A DNA stretch of 64,000 nt from Eledone cirrhosa (taxonomy: Eukaryota). Below the pieces are notes generated by a model. That model was not told the DNA's origin. It saw only the letters and a list, made by a program, of their open reading frames with translations, and did no database searches. How positions within the stretch are numbered: the first letter of the stretch is position 1; the number at the start of each line of letters is the position of its first letter. A program made the translations under genes and the position numbers. This document shows positions 1 to 13,741 of this stretch, piece by piece. Location of the stretch: NCBI GenBank assembly GCA_964016885.1, contig OZ024743.1, positions 204,476,001-204,540,000 on the forward strand, given 5' to 3'.

Positions 1-1339
1 CTACGCTCTCTACGATGTATCGCAGGTGGAGGTGGAGGTTGTCGTGGATGGATCTGTCGGGATTGGCGCATGTCTGCGCCTCTTCCACCAGACCACCAAC
101 GACAAGCGCCAACCTCTCTGCTAGCACCTTGGCCAAAATCTTGAACTCTGTGTTTAGCAGAAATATGGGCCTGAAATTATCTATGTTATCCCCCTTGTTC
201 GGATCATTGCTCTCAGCAGCGTCACAGCTCCTCGGCTCACAGAGCTGGGAATTCTCCCGTTCTGTTGCCAGTTGCAGTAGACGTCCGCCAAGAGGCCTCC
301 GAACAAGTCTGGCATCTGTACGTAAAGTTCATAGGGCAGACCATCCAAACCAGGCGATTTACCCCTTGTGCAGCCAGTCATTGCCTCCCGTACTTCAGCG
401 GCTGTTATCGGCTTTTCGCAACACTCCCCCTCAGTGGCCGAGAGCGGCGGCAGTCCGTCGAGGTAGACACTAAAGTCCATCCCTCGATCCGGCCCGCCGC
501 TGCCCCCGAACAGCTGCGCAAAGTGTCGATGAAAAGCTTCACACATTTTCCCGGGATCGTGGCTTTGTTGCTACGACGCGCCTCCGCCACTCGGGCCCAT
601 TGAACGGCTTTCGTCTCCTCGTGTCTGAGAGCACGCACCCTAGCTCTGACAACGCAGCCTTCGTGCTTTGCATTGAAGAATTGGCCAAGGGCCAATATCA
701 CCGCAAGTACGTCGGTCGCGATGCCTTTTCTAGTAGCCGGGTCCTCGTCTATGAAGCCTATCTAAGTCAAGCACACAGATCACGAATGTGTGGTCCGTGT
801 AGCTGACTATCTTGAATTGTGGACAGCCTATGCTAGACCTATCTATTTCCCTACAAAATACTCTATCTAGATATGATCTGGATGACCCTATGCGATTTGT
901 CCAAGTCCACATTGGCACATTCGGGAAATCCAATCGGTACGTGTCAGACAGTTCAAAACACCTGAGCAGGTTGGTGAGGCTCTTGTACCATCCTCCCCTA
1001 TCCGCTAATCCCACACAGTCCCAGCGTGCATCTAAGATCCCGTTCTAGTCGCCCACTAACACTAAAGAGCGGGACGTTCCAAGAAAGGTCTCCAGACGCC
1101 GCAAGAAATCAGGCCGCCCTGCTCCTGTCGGGGCATAGACGGCCACTATCCTAAAAGCTTGCCCGTCTCCGCTGGTCACGTCTAGCACCACCAACTTACC
1201 TCCGTGCGTCGGAGATTCTGGTCTCGCTGATGACCACTACATCTATGTTTAGTGACCTGAGGTCGTTGAGCAGGTGGCCCTGCTTCCATGACGACCCCAA
1301 GCCACGCGCATTTATGCTGCCTATTCTGAGTGAGATCAT
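1..1339 (-). pseudogene. LINE ORF2 (AP endonuclease and start of RT), degraded
   Basis: ORF pieces 730-1014, 405-701 and 181-546 carry EN and RT-proximal L1/Tx1 motifs. Confidence 0.8.
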
Positions 1340-1402
1340 GTTGAAATGGAGTGGAAAAGATGGGAAAGACCCTTACCTTACTTCTCGTAGAGGAAGGATG
1401 GT

Positions 1403-2832
1403 TTATCCATCCCTTTTCACTTCATCGTCTGGTGAAGGGACCGTTGAATCGTCCCTTCGGCTGGTCGTCGGCTCTTTTGTGAGTATATCCGAATATACTC
1501 TCCGGTTGAGTGTCCCTCCTAGGTCTCTGAAATCACCAACTGCGTTGGGGAATTTCGTTTTAATGTTAGAGTATTGTTTCTGTGCTATTCTTACCAGTCT
1601 TATGTTCGTTGGTGTTTTGATTGGTGCTGGTATTATGTAGTCGTGCTGTGAAATGTTTGTGTGTTCAATTATGTAAGTCATTAGTTTCTTGTTGTGTGTG
1701 TTTTGTTGTTGTGTTTGCGATGTTGGTGCTTGTGGTGGTGGTGTTGAAGGTGTTGTTGTTGTTTGCGGTGGTGTTGCCGCCGGCGGTGATGGTGGTGCTA
1801 GTGTGGGTGGTGATGGTGTTGATGGTGTTGCTGCTGTAAGTCTCTTTGCAGTAGCCTTTACCCTTTTTTCATTTCTTTCCTCCCTTTTCGAAGGCGACGA
1901 TGCGCTGCTTCTGCGTTTGAGCCTTCTTGCGACCTTTTGCCATTCCTCTCCCACCTCACACTCCATGTCTGATTCTGTGAGGTCGGGGAGGGATACCAGC
2001 TCCAATCTTTCACTTGTTGTTGTTGGTGATGTTTGCAGTGGAGTCTCTGTTGCAGCTGCAGTTGGTATTACTGTTGTTGTTGTTAATACTTCCACTGCTG
2101 CTGCTGTTCTTGATTTCCGTGGCGTGGGTATGGGTGCCACGGACTTATCCTTCTTGGTTGCCGCCTGTCCTGTTGCTGATAGCAGTGGAGCCGGTTTCGT
2201 AAGGAGGGGGGTTTCCTCCTTTCTCAGGGTCGTCTCATTGCAGAAGGACCTGAAGTGAGTCTTCGATCCACAGCGAAAGCATTTCGGGCGTTTGGCCTCA
2301 ACACTTAAGGGCAGTTGACTGCTGTTATCGAAGTCTATCACATCCGGGATAGCTTCGATGCACTCCTGGTTGGTTTGGATTAACATCTCAATGGAGTTGC
2401 CAACCCAATCTTCTCGTACTTTTTTCTGTACTTGCAGTACAGTTGTTTTGTCCTCGATTTCGACGAGGACAGTCGCGGCCAGCCAAGAAGGGGCCATCCC
2501 GGGGGTAGTGGGTCAGTTTGACCCTCACAATTTTTTGCCCGCACCAACACCAACACCATTTCCTCGTTCCTTGGGGTCACTAAGGATTGAGCCTTTGTCT
2601 CCTGAGGTGTGGCAAAAAGCACGTCCACGGTAGCATATTTCTTGCCTCGGGTGATATGCGTTTTCCGCTGCCACACAGACCCTGAGGCTTTTTGTATTTG
2701 AACCTCTGTGGCTCTTTCCACCCTACGGGATTTTCTGCTTACTGTACGGTACGTGACCGTACAGTGCTGTTGGGTTTCGAAAAATGTTTCGGCTGCCTTG
2801 CAGATGGCTCGTTGTCCAGTTTTCGTCACCAT
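1403..2832 (-). pseudogene. LINE ORF1 (gag-like, zinc knuckle, Thr/Pro-rich tail), split by a frameshift
   Basis: ORFs 2380-2832 and 1403-2497 overlap in different frames; C-x2-C-x4-H-x4-C motif present. Confidence 0.75.
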
Positions 2833-3020
2833 CTTCTTTGCTTCCTGTAATTCCTCATTTGTTATAAGGATGGTTTCCAGGTTCTTTGCGATACCTGCAA
2901 ACGAGATTGGTTTTTCTTTCTTGTTGTTGTTGTTGCGTCAGAGCTGCTGTTACTTTTGTTGTTGCTGCTGGTACTACGACCGCCGCCGCCGCTGTTGCTG
3001 TGGTTGTTGTTGTTGTTTGC

Positions 3021-3065
<45 letters not shown>

Positions 3066-3664
3066 CGTTGTTTATGCTGCTGCTGATGTTGTTGCGGCTG
3101 CTACTAGTGTTTTCTTGTCACTGTTGCTGTTGCTGCTGCTGTTATTACGGCTGCTACTGCTATTCTTCATGATGTCAGACGGATGAAATGGCTTTGCGTA
3201 TTTACCGCACACATTTTTCGTCGTTGTCGTCGTCGTGGAGAAATGTTCCACGGTATGCACGTTCTCTTGGTGAAAGCTACCAGAAACTATATTTTTTCTT
3301 TTTCTTTAATGGCGTCGCTTGCGAAAGAGGCGACACCCCATTTAGAGAAGGGAGGGAGAGAGACAATCTTCTCTCTGATGTAATGACGATTGAGGAAGAA
3401 GACGGAAAGAGTGGGAGTGACTTGTGAAAATTTTTTTTTGTAGCCATGTTGTTTTTTACGGTTTAAAAGGAATATTGGACACAAAACCCCAATAAGCAGT
3501 TATTTAGCCCCGAAGGGCCAAATAAGAGGCAGAAAGACCCCTCTCACGAGGAGAATGGTCTTTTTATCTACAATTTAGTTCAAGTTTTAAACGATTTACA
3601 ATTGTTATAGCGGTTAAAAATTACTATACCTTACAGAGCCGAGCCTCCGTCAACCATGGCATTC

Positions 3665-4018
3665 AATAATAATAATAATAATAATAATAATAATTTCTTT
3701 ATTAGACACACAGGGTTCACATTAAGGAAACATTAAAGACGGTACAGGACAAGACAGTGCGGATTTTTTAATGTAAAATAAAATTTATAAGAGAGACTAA
3801 GAAAATAAACATTTAAAACAAACATAACAAATTCCCCAAATGTGAGAAGACTCCAAGAATCACTCGTGTAGAAATCCCATAAATGCCACGGTCACTCTGT
3901 CCGCTAGGTCAAGGTGCCCTCTCCCAGTTGTTCCCCAATCTACAGGCGTATGCACAAGGCAGGCCCATTCATACGGATCATGCTCGCCATTCTCACCCCC
4001 CTTTCAACAAACTCGTTA
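3665..4018 (-). mobile_element. 3' end of a second LINE copy (ORF2-like C-terminus, 3' UTR, AATAAA, (ATT)n tail)
   Basis: Minus strand reads NEFVERGVRMASMIRMNGPALCIRL*, then ...tgtgtctAATAAAgaa(att)n with the tail at 3665-3693. Confidence 0.6.
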
Positions 4019-4639
4019 ATAATGGAAGAAAAAATTAATTACATTGTTTCTGACTATTCCATCTTCGTTGAAAAATAAGACATCCACATAACAAGGTTGG
4101 GATTTACTGTCCAGCGACATTTATGCCACTATCATGAAATAACCACAGAAAATGGCTCACTGAATGACAAAATAACATCTTGTATAGAGATTATCTCTTA
4201 TTCTATGATACTCATTGTAGAAATTGTTTATGTGGTATGATAAATATATATATACATATACACCAGATCCAAACACAATGGAACCAAACTTCCACTGTCA
4301 CTGCTTCCGTCTCTCCCCATATAATCTGGAATAGGTTAATATATACAAACAGGGAGATCAAAATTAATTGACCAATATTTTGTCAAAGACAAACAAGATA
4401 TGAAATGCCTCCTAATCTATGTATTAGTCACAACAGTTGATAGTATATCATTCAAGAATATAAAGATCTGGAAATAAATATAAACCAAATGTTGGAGCTG
4501 AAATGAGAAACATTTCCAGAGAAAATAGCAATACTAGAGAAGTGTACCGAAATTACGTAAAGGCCTTCAATATACTGGAATGAAGAACACCAAAATAGAA
4601 CACTGCATCCACTCAATTCAGAAAGGGCTGCACTCAGTA

Positions 4640-4651
4640 ACGTAGTAGTAT

Positions 4652-4749
<98 letters not shown>

Positions 4750-4763
4750 ATAGTAGTAGTAGT
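4640..4763. repeat. (TAG)n microsatellite, probably in the 3' UTR of gene A
   Basis: Direct reading; it explains the poly-T and poly-L ORFs. Confidence 0.95.
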
Positions 4764-4832
4764 TGGTAAGTTACTAATAATAAGCCTAGTTGTATTAAAT
4801 ATTTTAAGTGAGTGCAACTCAAAGTGTTTTCC

Positions 4833-5238
4833 TTAACCTATGGTAAAAAGAATGTTTAGAATTAATAAGCAAGAGATGTAGATATTTGAACCTGCTTTTG
4901 CACCGTCTGAGTCCGATTTGGGGGTTGTTGAATCTGCTTGATTGATTGTTTCACTTTTGATAGTTTTTGTTTCATGGTAGTCATTGTTTGTGACATTCCC
5001 CACAGTTGAGCCTGCTTTTACACCCTCTGAGTCCGACATGTGGGTTGTTGAATCTGCTTGATTGATTGTTTCACTTTTGATAGTATTTGTTTCATTCTCC
5101 ACAGATGGTAAATTGGAGGTGATTAATAGACACTTCTTCGGCAACTGTTCATAGTAATATTCACGAATTACTTTATTAAATTCATCTGAACAGTTCAGTG
5201 CCTTGTAAATGAACATGTCAATGAGATATTTCCATAAT
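4833..5238 (-). CDS. Gene A last coding exon: Cys-rich domain end, Ser/Thr stalk and GPI-like hydrophobic tail
   Basis: Acceptor ttttatctttacag| in phase 2. Reads LWKYLIDMFIYKALNCSDEFNKVIREYYYEQLPKKC...SDGAKAGSNIYISCLLILNILFTIG*. Homologous to exon 38684-38879. Confidence 0.85.
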
Positions 5239-5736
5239 CTGTAAAGATAAAAATTGAAACAAAACAACTTTCTTAGTTTCAATCGAATTTTCAAGAGAGT
5301 AAATTACAGCAAATGAATTACACCAATATACATAGTAGAAATACAACTTGATGTGAAAAAGGATTGAATATTTAATGTTTAAAACAGAATTGAATATTTA
5401 CAAGAGGATTAAATACGTTACAATTAATACTCCCGGCTTTTTAAATATGCCTTAACATTGAATATTGAGACATTTTATGACAAGACCATTAGAACTTACG
5501 GAATTATTCTGGAAAAAGAGTATATAGGATTCAAGAGGGCAGTGGATTGGCAGAGTCATTAGAGCATCGAGAAAATGCGTGATAGCTCGGTACGTAAGCT
5601 TTATTCCATCGTTATGTTGTTCTGTTTTTATTTCTGTTAAAATTCTAGATTTCTGAAGACGTCATAGCTGTTGCATAATGGTTATCACCGAAATATATAT
5701 AACAGCGACTATGCTTCCAGCAGAAACAAGGGGGAC

Positions 5737-5782
5737 AATAGTCGATGCATTTCAGACTTAACTGGTCTTCTTCAGGACGATG
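5737..5782 (-). ncRNA. Minimal type I hammerhead ribozyme
   Basis: atcgtc-CTGAAGA-agac[cagttaa]gtct-GAAA-tgca-TC|gactat; palindromic stem III (ATGCAT), AUC triplet. Confidence 0.75.
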
Positions 5783-5938
5783 CCTCCCACACTTGCGACT
5801 GCTGGAGTTGAAAACAGTCCAGAATATATAGTTTTCTCGTCTGTGTAAATGAGGGGATTAATCTCATTTGCATATGAAGCTGCATAAGTTGACTCAACTC
5901 AAAACAGAATAGAATTAGGATTTAGCTTCAGGCATATT

Positions 5939-6061
<123 letters not shown>

Positions 6062-6149
6062 ATATATATATTTACATTTCTATACATATATATATATATA
6101 TATATATATGTTTGTGTGTGTATATATATGCATGTATATATATATGTAT

Positions 6150-6750
6150 ATATTGGTGCTACTGGTAACATGTATCCCAGTACAACCTGTATCATGGTCG
6201 GGTCGTTGGCGACTAAACTGGCAACCCCATCAAGGTTTCTTGGTGAAGAGGGTGACTTTTGACATCCTGCAGGACTAAAAACAAAACCTGTCAAAGGGCA
6301 AAGGAGCTCTTAAGAGTCAATGGCCATCCAAAATCACCGGGAGAGATGACCCCTTAGCCTTTGTCAAGGCAGAATTCTAGGAGAAGGAAAACTCTGATAT
6401 AACACCTGCAACCCTGATGGTATCCAATGATGTTGACTTGTTCTTCTTTTTGGTAAATATCATCTTGGTTAAGAGAGTGAGACTGGCTTTGTGCAGTGCC
6501 TTTGCTCACTATAAAAGTTTCACGGCACAGGCATTGCTTTATATCTGGAGATCTCTCTGCACTTGTCGTCACATGGTACCATGGGCCCAGCACTATGTGT
6601 CAGTAATTGTCACAAGTGTAGTGTTTGTACCAGAGTTTTCAAGTCGCTGGCTGGACTAAAAAGTCACACTCGTTCAGCGCATCGGTAGGGGTTCTCCTAC
6701 ATGGATATAAAGTAGTGGCTGTACTCGAAAACGAGTTGGCAGCCACCATA
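6150..6750 (+). mobile_element. Degenerate retroelement-like fragment ending in a C2H2 zinc finger
   Basis: CSVCTRVFKSLAGLKSHTRSAHR* at about 6616-6688; upstream frames are broken; flanked by (TA)n. Confidence 0.35.
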
Positions 6751-6879
6751 TATTATATATATATATATATATATATACATACATATATACATTTACATTT
6801 ATGTATATATATATATATATCTATATACATATAAACATACATATATACATTTATATATATATATATATACATACATTAT

Positions 6880-6989
<110 letters not shown>

Positions 6990-7029
6990 AAAAGAGAAAA
7001 CACAGGTAAGCATTAAGAGAAGGATTTTA

Positions 7030-7449
7030 TCCAGGTATTTACGACCGTTTCATTGGTAAGTGCAACCTTATATTGCTATACTGCAAATAGCAGCCACTCA
7101 ATTATAATTGTTGTTCGCAGTCCAAATTTTCAAAATAGTGAGTAAGTTACTCTTGAAATAATTCTTAATATATAGAGAAAAACATTTATTTGGATTGTAT
7201 TTACTAGTATAGAGAGAGAGGAATCAGGTGACGGGACAAACGGAATAGTATAGAGAGAGAGGAAGGGTGAAGAGGTAGGAAGTAGAGTGTCAAACTGAGA
7301 TGGAGGGAGGGGTAGAGGTGGAAGGATTCTTTGGTCAGTTTTGATAGCAGATATCATGTCGTGGAATGTAGTGAGTTAAAGAGAATTAAATTGATCATAG
7401 TGTGAAGGATGGATAGAGAGGGAGAGCGAGAGGGGGGAGATATAAAGAG

Positions 7450-7534
<85 letters not shown>

Positions 7535-9770
7535 AATAAACATAAAGATAATAATGACAAAAATAAAAGCAAAGAGAGGGTGAGAAAGAAGAAAGGAAAA
7601 GATAGCCAAGAAGGGGAGGGAAGGAAGGAAGAAAACGAAGAAATAGAAGAAGGAGAAGAGATGGATATATGCATTGGTTTTGTGGGTAATTAAAAGGGTT
7701 TAGATACAACAAGAGGGTATAAAGTTTAAGTATATGTAGTTTGTCAGTTGGTAGTAAAAGGTTAAGGGTTTGATTTGTAGTGCGAAAACTTCTCTTTGAG
7801 TCTATGGTTACAATAAATCGATCTTTCGATTTTATTGTTGAGTAACTTATTCTTCGAACTCAAGATGTGGAACAGCTCAAGGTCGCATAATGGACAGCTT
7901 CTCATACCACTCCGATATTGGGGCGCGTTCGATAATTTTTTCCACTTCAGGGTGTATTGATGGTTACTTTCCCTCAGTTGCCAGGTCTTGTTTGCAAGGG
8001 TAGTTACATAACGATGCTGGGAATGTTTCATTGCGTAACGGTGTGTATACCAACGGGCTTTAAATGTATTCCCAGTCGCTCCGATGTAATACCATTTCTG
8101 CTTGTCTGATTCCACTGTGCATTGGTAAACCAGGTTAGACTGCATACATTCATTATGTAATGGACAGGTTTCAGGTAGGTGGCAGTTACAGTTCTTATCA
8201 TGGGCAACTTTGGCGTTATTGGTGGGCTGCGATGCCTGTACAAGTGTGTTACGTTTTGTTTGCCTATTAGCGGGTGGTTGTGTATTAGATATTCTGTTGT
8301 GTTCGGTGGTGATTGTATTGTTATTGTTGTAAATGTGCCTTTTGGTGTTGTTATGTATCTTTTTAGCGTTAAGCTTCTTAATGTGTGCCTCTATATTTGG
8401 TGCCATGGATTAAGATAGTCTAATAGATTTAGTGTTAAGGATTTTGCTGTATCTATGTGAATCTGGAAAGTGCTTAGTTATTATTCTAAAGAAGGTAGAG
8501 GGTAGGTTAGTATTAATAGAGGTGTTAAATATGGGGTTGAACCAAATATATTTTCTACTGCGTGACTTGTTTGATTTCGATGTTGTATTTCTATTTGCCG
8601 TATACTTTGCAGTTCTATGCGTAAGTGCGTGTGTGCGTGTGTTACCGGAGTTTGTGTTATGCGTGTTCGTGTGTGCTTCACGGAGGCTTTCATCTATATA
8701 TTCTACTCTATCTAAGTGGCCTGCCTTGTCTAATGCGGTATTGTAGTATTCTGCATGTTCTTCGAAGATTTGTCGGTTAGACGAGAGGCGGGTGATCCTA
8801 AGGGATATGCTGCGTGGAATGGATTTAATTATGGATAGTGGGTCGTTTGAGTTACAGTTGATGTATGCTAAGTTTTCATTAATCTTGTGAAAGGTCTTAT
8901 AAGTCGCGTATTTAGGTTAAGCGTCGCGTCTAGAAAGTTAACTGTTTTAGTGCTATACTCATACGTTATGCTAAGGCCTAGTTTTCCGAGAGTCTTTCTA
9001 ATATTCTTACGGAGTCTTTCTATGCTCTGGTTATTTAGGTTCTTAACTAGAAGGGCGTCGTCTCTGTAGATTCCACCGTGAAGGTCGCTAAACTCACTTT
9101 GTAAACTATGGGCTATGTAAACACCTACTAAATCTGTGACTTGAGCCGAGTCGATAGCTCCCATCGTGATGTCAAAGTTATTTAATCTATCCTTACGTTC
9201 CCAATAGGCGTTTTCAAATTTAATTATTCTTTTCCTAGCAGCTAATATGATTTTTATCTCGTTGTCTGTTATGTCAGAATTGGCTTTAGCGAATGCTAAG
9301 GCTTTATCCAAGGTGTTGGGGGATATAGATGAGTAATAATCGTTAATGTCAAATTGTATAAATTTAGATACTTCTTTGTTAGCTATATTGTTAAACCACT
9401 TAATTGTTTCGGTAGCGTTACCCCATTGTTTAATCACTAGTTTATTCTTCATTTGTGCTATCACTCTGTCTAATATATGTTTACTAATTTTCCCGATGTC
9501 CGATTAGGACGGGCATATAAGTCTAATTGTGGGGTTATAATCAAAATTTACCTTGTGGTCCTTGAGGTTAAATGTGGGGGTACATGGCCTTAGTGGCTCC
9601 GTTCTGTCGTCTATTCCTAGGTGTTTGACTATATTGTGTGCTTCGTTGTTGATGTTTATCAATGCCGCCTCATTAGTTTTTTTGTATTTCCTATGTAATT
9701 CCTTCCGTATGAAGCTATTGTATGTATTTACATCCATCGGAATTCTTACAAACTTGTGGAGTTACCCCTA
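7030..9770 (-). mobile_element. Penelope-like element (RT + GIY-YIG endonuclease), 5'-truncated and frameshifted
   Basis: FIQFDINDYYSSI, MGAIDSAQVTDLVG, YRDDAL and VNFLDATLNL in the RT. CNC..CPL..C, YYIGATGNTFKARWYTH and CPLCDLE in GIY-YIG. A decayed hammerhead lies at 7036-7137. Confidence 0.92.
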
Positions 9771-10055
9771 ACCGTACGTTGAAACCATCCATGAAACTGG
9801 CTTTCTTAACCAAGAACTGGATCACAATAAGCAATTTTTTGCTTCTCTAACTATATATATATATATATATGTTTATATAGATATATAAATGCATTTGTAT
9901 ATATATATATACAAATAAAAGGCAGAGCTAATAACTCATACTGATACCCTGTAATTAACAAGCTCAAAGTATAGATACTGAGCATTATAGTACCAGTAAT
10001 GCACTGGGTAATTGCTGACCTTGTGCCTAAAGTAGAAACAATTATATAATAATAG

Positions 10056-10245
10056 GGCGGTGGATTGGCAGAATCGGTCGAGGGTCGGACGCCATGCTTT
10101 GCAGCAGAGTTACGTCCCTTTTAAGGACTGAGTTCAAATCCCGCCGAGGTTAACTTTGCCTTTCATCCTTACGAGGTCGATAAAACAAGTACCAGTAATA
10201 CACTGTGATAATTGCTGGCCTTGTGCCAAAAGTAGAAACAATTAT
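10056..10245 (+). mobile_element. tRNA-derived SINE, major family; partial copies at 5535-5610, 9955-10045 and 24105-24215
   Basis: ggcggtggattggcagaatcgg...gagttcaaatcccgccgaggttaactttgcctttcatcc...agtagaaacaatta; A-box- and B-box-like motifs; many copies in the window. Confidence 0.85.
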
Positions 10246-10704
10246 ATAATAATATATGCAGTAATAGACACACGATTTACTGTGTTTATTGCTACCTATA
10301 TTATTATGTATATATATATATATACATTTATGTATGGTATATTTGGCAATATACCGTATGTTTAATTAAAAACATTTAGAAGACCATACGCTATCAGTTT
10401 TAAAGTAGTGACTATGTCACTTACTTCTTTTCGCCGAAAGAAGGGAGAAAAGCTCACAGTCTATTTCACGCTGGTTGCCGTTCATTATTTGCCGTTCTGC
10501 AAAGATTAGGTATTACGATTGGTGCGATGTATAAATGAATGTATGTATAGTATATTTGGCAATCTACCGTATGTTTCATCAGAAGACCATACGCTATCAG
10601 TTTTTTGGATTGACCGGCATTCGGTCTGTATAATCAGCTCCTGATTATTACTGGAATTCTATAAAAATCCAGCTTCTATAATTTTCGACGGAAGCAGGGG
10701 GTGC

Positions 10705-10750
10705 GGGGCTCTGATGAACGCCAACCAGCGTGAAACACACTGTCAGCTTC
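10705..10750 (+). ncRNA. Type I hammerhead ribozyme
   Basis: ggggct-CTGATGA-acgc[caacca]gcgt-GAAAC-acact-GTC|agcttc; all three stems pair; GUC triplet. Confidence 0.85.
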
Positions 10751-10824
10751 TTTCCCTGATAGTGTATGGTCTTCCAAATATTTTTAATTAAACATACGGT
10801 ATATTGCCAAATATACCATACATA

Positions 10825-11635
<811 letters not shown>

Positions 11636-11818
11636 TTATTATTACTTTCAAAGTAAAGGATGTCATGAATGATACAAAATGAAACATATGTCTTGTTTCC
11701 AAAAACATTTCAAGATAGAATTCAGAGAATCAAATCGAGCCTTAATCATTATAAGAAAATGATTGAAATATATTCATACACAGATAAGTGTGCACTAAGA
11801 CATATCAAAACTTGGAGC

Positions 11819-12266
11819 TAGAGACAATCTACACTGAAAGTAAGACTACATAGTTCGTTGAGTATCTTATTAAATTTAATAAAAAATTTAAAACAGAACA
11901 CCTGATAACCATCAAAATATTTCCCTCATATGTATTCTCCACAATATACTGACTGCTATTTCTAGTGGTCGAGAACCTTTCATGTCGTTGAGAGTGCTAA
12001 AATTCATGTGTTGAGACCATGCACGTTTAGCCACTTTCAACACTGGATGGGGTGAGATTAGATGATTTTGAAATTCCCTCACTGATGATCCGTTTCAAAT
12101 TATCTAATTTCGCCGTAATTTGGTGAAATGTATTCTGATTTTGTGGAGAATACATATGAGGGAAATATTTTGATGGGTATCAGGTATTCTGTTTTACATT
12201 TTTTATTAAATTTAATAAGATACTCGATGAATTATGTAATCTTACTTTCAGTGCAGATTGTCTCTA
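11819..12266. repeat. Inverted-repeat element: ~125-bp imperfect arms (11819-11944 and 12141-12266) around a ~195-bp core
   Basis: tagagacaatctacactgaaagtaag...tattctccacaa pairs with ttgtggagaata...cttactttcagtgcagattgtctcta. Confidence 0.8.
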
Positions 12267-12680
12267 GTTATATGTTATAGTTGTATATAGTGTATACATA
12301 ACTATAAATAATATTATATATATATATATATATATTTGTGTGCGTGTGTGTGTGTGTATGTATGTATGTATATATATATAATATATATAAATGTATATAT
12401 ATATATATATATATACATATATATAAATGTATATATATATATGAATATATATATATATATACAATTAAGTTAAAGTGTACATCTACATATGTATACGGAA
12501 GTATTAGTATGCATATAAATACACACATGTATACATATGTACATGTACTCAGCTTTTCACTAGACACTTTACAGTGAGTGTCAGCTAGTCTGTATGTAAC
12601 CACACAGGCGGACCGGGTTTTAGAGTCATACGAGTTTTCAAGGAAACACATTTCCTCTATTCTCCAGAGGGCCAGACAGG

Positions 12681-12725
12681 AATATTGGACTAGTTTCGAT
12701 GTTATTACATCTCATCAGCAATATT
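12681..12725 (-). ncRNA. Minimal type I hammerhead ribozyme (469-bp array)
   Basis: aatattg-CTGATGA-gatgt[aata]acatc-GAAAC-ta-GTC|caatatt on the minus strand. Confidence 0.88.
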
Positions 12726-13149
12726 TACCCATCTTCCGGCTTCTCTGGAGAATTGTAAAAGCACATATCGTTATATGCTTTTTCTATGAAAATTAGTAGT
12801 GGGTAGACCAATTTGCATAGAACGTGAGTCATTGTACGCACCGGTTCAGCGGAAACGATAAAAACAAATAACGAAACGAAATCAAACTTCGTTTCGCTTC
12901 TAACTCACTTTTGTATGACTGACGCTTAAACAATTAAGTTAAAGTGTACATCTACATATGTATACGGAAGTATTAGTATGCATATAAATACACACATGTA
13001 TACATATGTACATGTACTCAGCTTTTCACTAGACACTTTACAGTGAGTGTCAGCTAGTCTGTATGTAACCACACAGGCGGACCGGGTTTTAGAGTCATAC
13101 GAGTTTTCAAGGAAACACATTTCCTCTATTCTCCAGAGGGCCAGACAGG

Positions 13150-13194
13150 AATATTGGACTAGTTTCAATGTTATTACATCTCATCAGCAATATT
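13150..13194 (-). ncRNA. Minimal type I hammerhead ribozyme (469-bp array), stem II G-C changed to G-U
   Basis: Same motif, with acatt in place of acatc. Confidence 0.85.
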
Positions 13195-13227
13195 TACCCA
13201 TCTTCCGGCTTCTCTGGAAGATGGGTA

Positions 13228-13272
13228 AATATTGCTGATGAGATGTAATAACATCGAAACTAGTCCAATATT
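13228..13272 (+). ncRNA. Minimal type I hammerhead ribozyme (469-bp array); predicted cleavage after C13265
   Basis: aatattgCTGATGAgatgtaataacatcGAAACtaGTCcaatatt; 7-bp stem I, 5-bp stem II, palindromic ACTAGT stem III. Confidence 0.9.
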
Positions 13273-13696
13273 CCTGTCTGGCCCTCTGGAGAATAGAGGA
13301 AATGTGTTTCCTTGAAAACTCGTATGACTCTAAAACCCGGTCCGCCTGTGTGGTTACATACAGACTAGCTGACACTCACTGTAAAGTGTCTAGTGAAAAG
13401 CTGAGTACATGTACATATGTATACATGTGTGTATTTATATGCATACTAATACTTCCGTATACATATGTAGATGTACACTTTAACTTAATTGTTTAAGCGT
13501 CAGTCATACAAAAGTGAGTTAGAAGCGAAACGAAGTTTGATTTCGTTTCGTTATTTGTTTTTATCGTTTCCGCTGAACCGGTGCGTACAATGACTCACGT
13601 TCTATGCAAATTGGTCTACCCACTACTAATTTTCATAGAAAAAGCATATAACGATATGTGCTTTTACAATTCTCCAGAGAAGCCGGAAGATGGGTA

Positions 13697-13741
13697 AATA
13701 TTGCTGATGAGATGTAATAACATCGAAACTAGTCCAATATT
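13697..13741 (+). ncRNA. Minimal type I hammerhead ribozyme (469-bp array)
   Basis: Identical motif to 13228-13272. Confidence 0.9.

Larger units (their letters stand above)
1..3664 (-). mobile_element. L1/Tx1-clade non-LTR retrotransposon (5' UTR, ORF1, disrupted ORF2), running off the left edge of the window
   Basis: ORF1 has a CCHC knuckle (CFRCGSKTHFRSFC). ORF2 starts at ATG 1339 with an APE start (IGSINARGL...ISETR), then SYLDRVF, KSPGLDGLPYELY and LLNTEFKILAKVLA. Stops, frameshifts and deletions are present. Confidence 0.85.

Noticed and set aside
2708-3260. Poly-Cys, poly-Leu and poly-Ala ORFs
   Set aside because: (CTG/TTG)n low-complexity sequence within the LINE 5' region, read antisense.
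10056-10160. tRNA gene
   Set aside because: Only A/B-box-like motifs of a multi-copy SINE; no cloverleaf.
12078-12139. CTGATGA...GAAA motif inside the 11819-12266 inverted repeat; similar weak motifs near 5652 and 46477
   Set aside because: Stem I or stem III pairing is too poor, or the core is incomplete.
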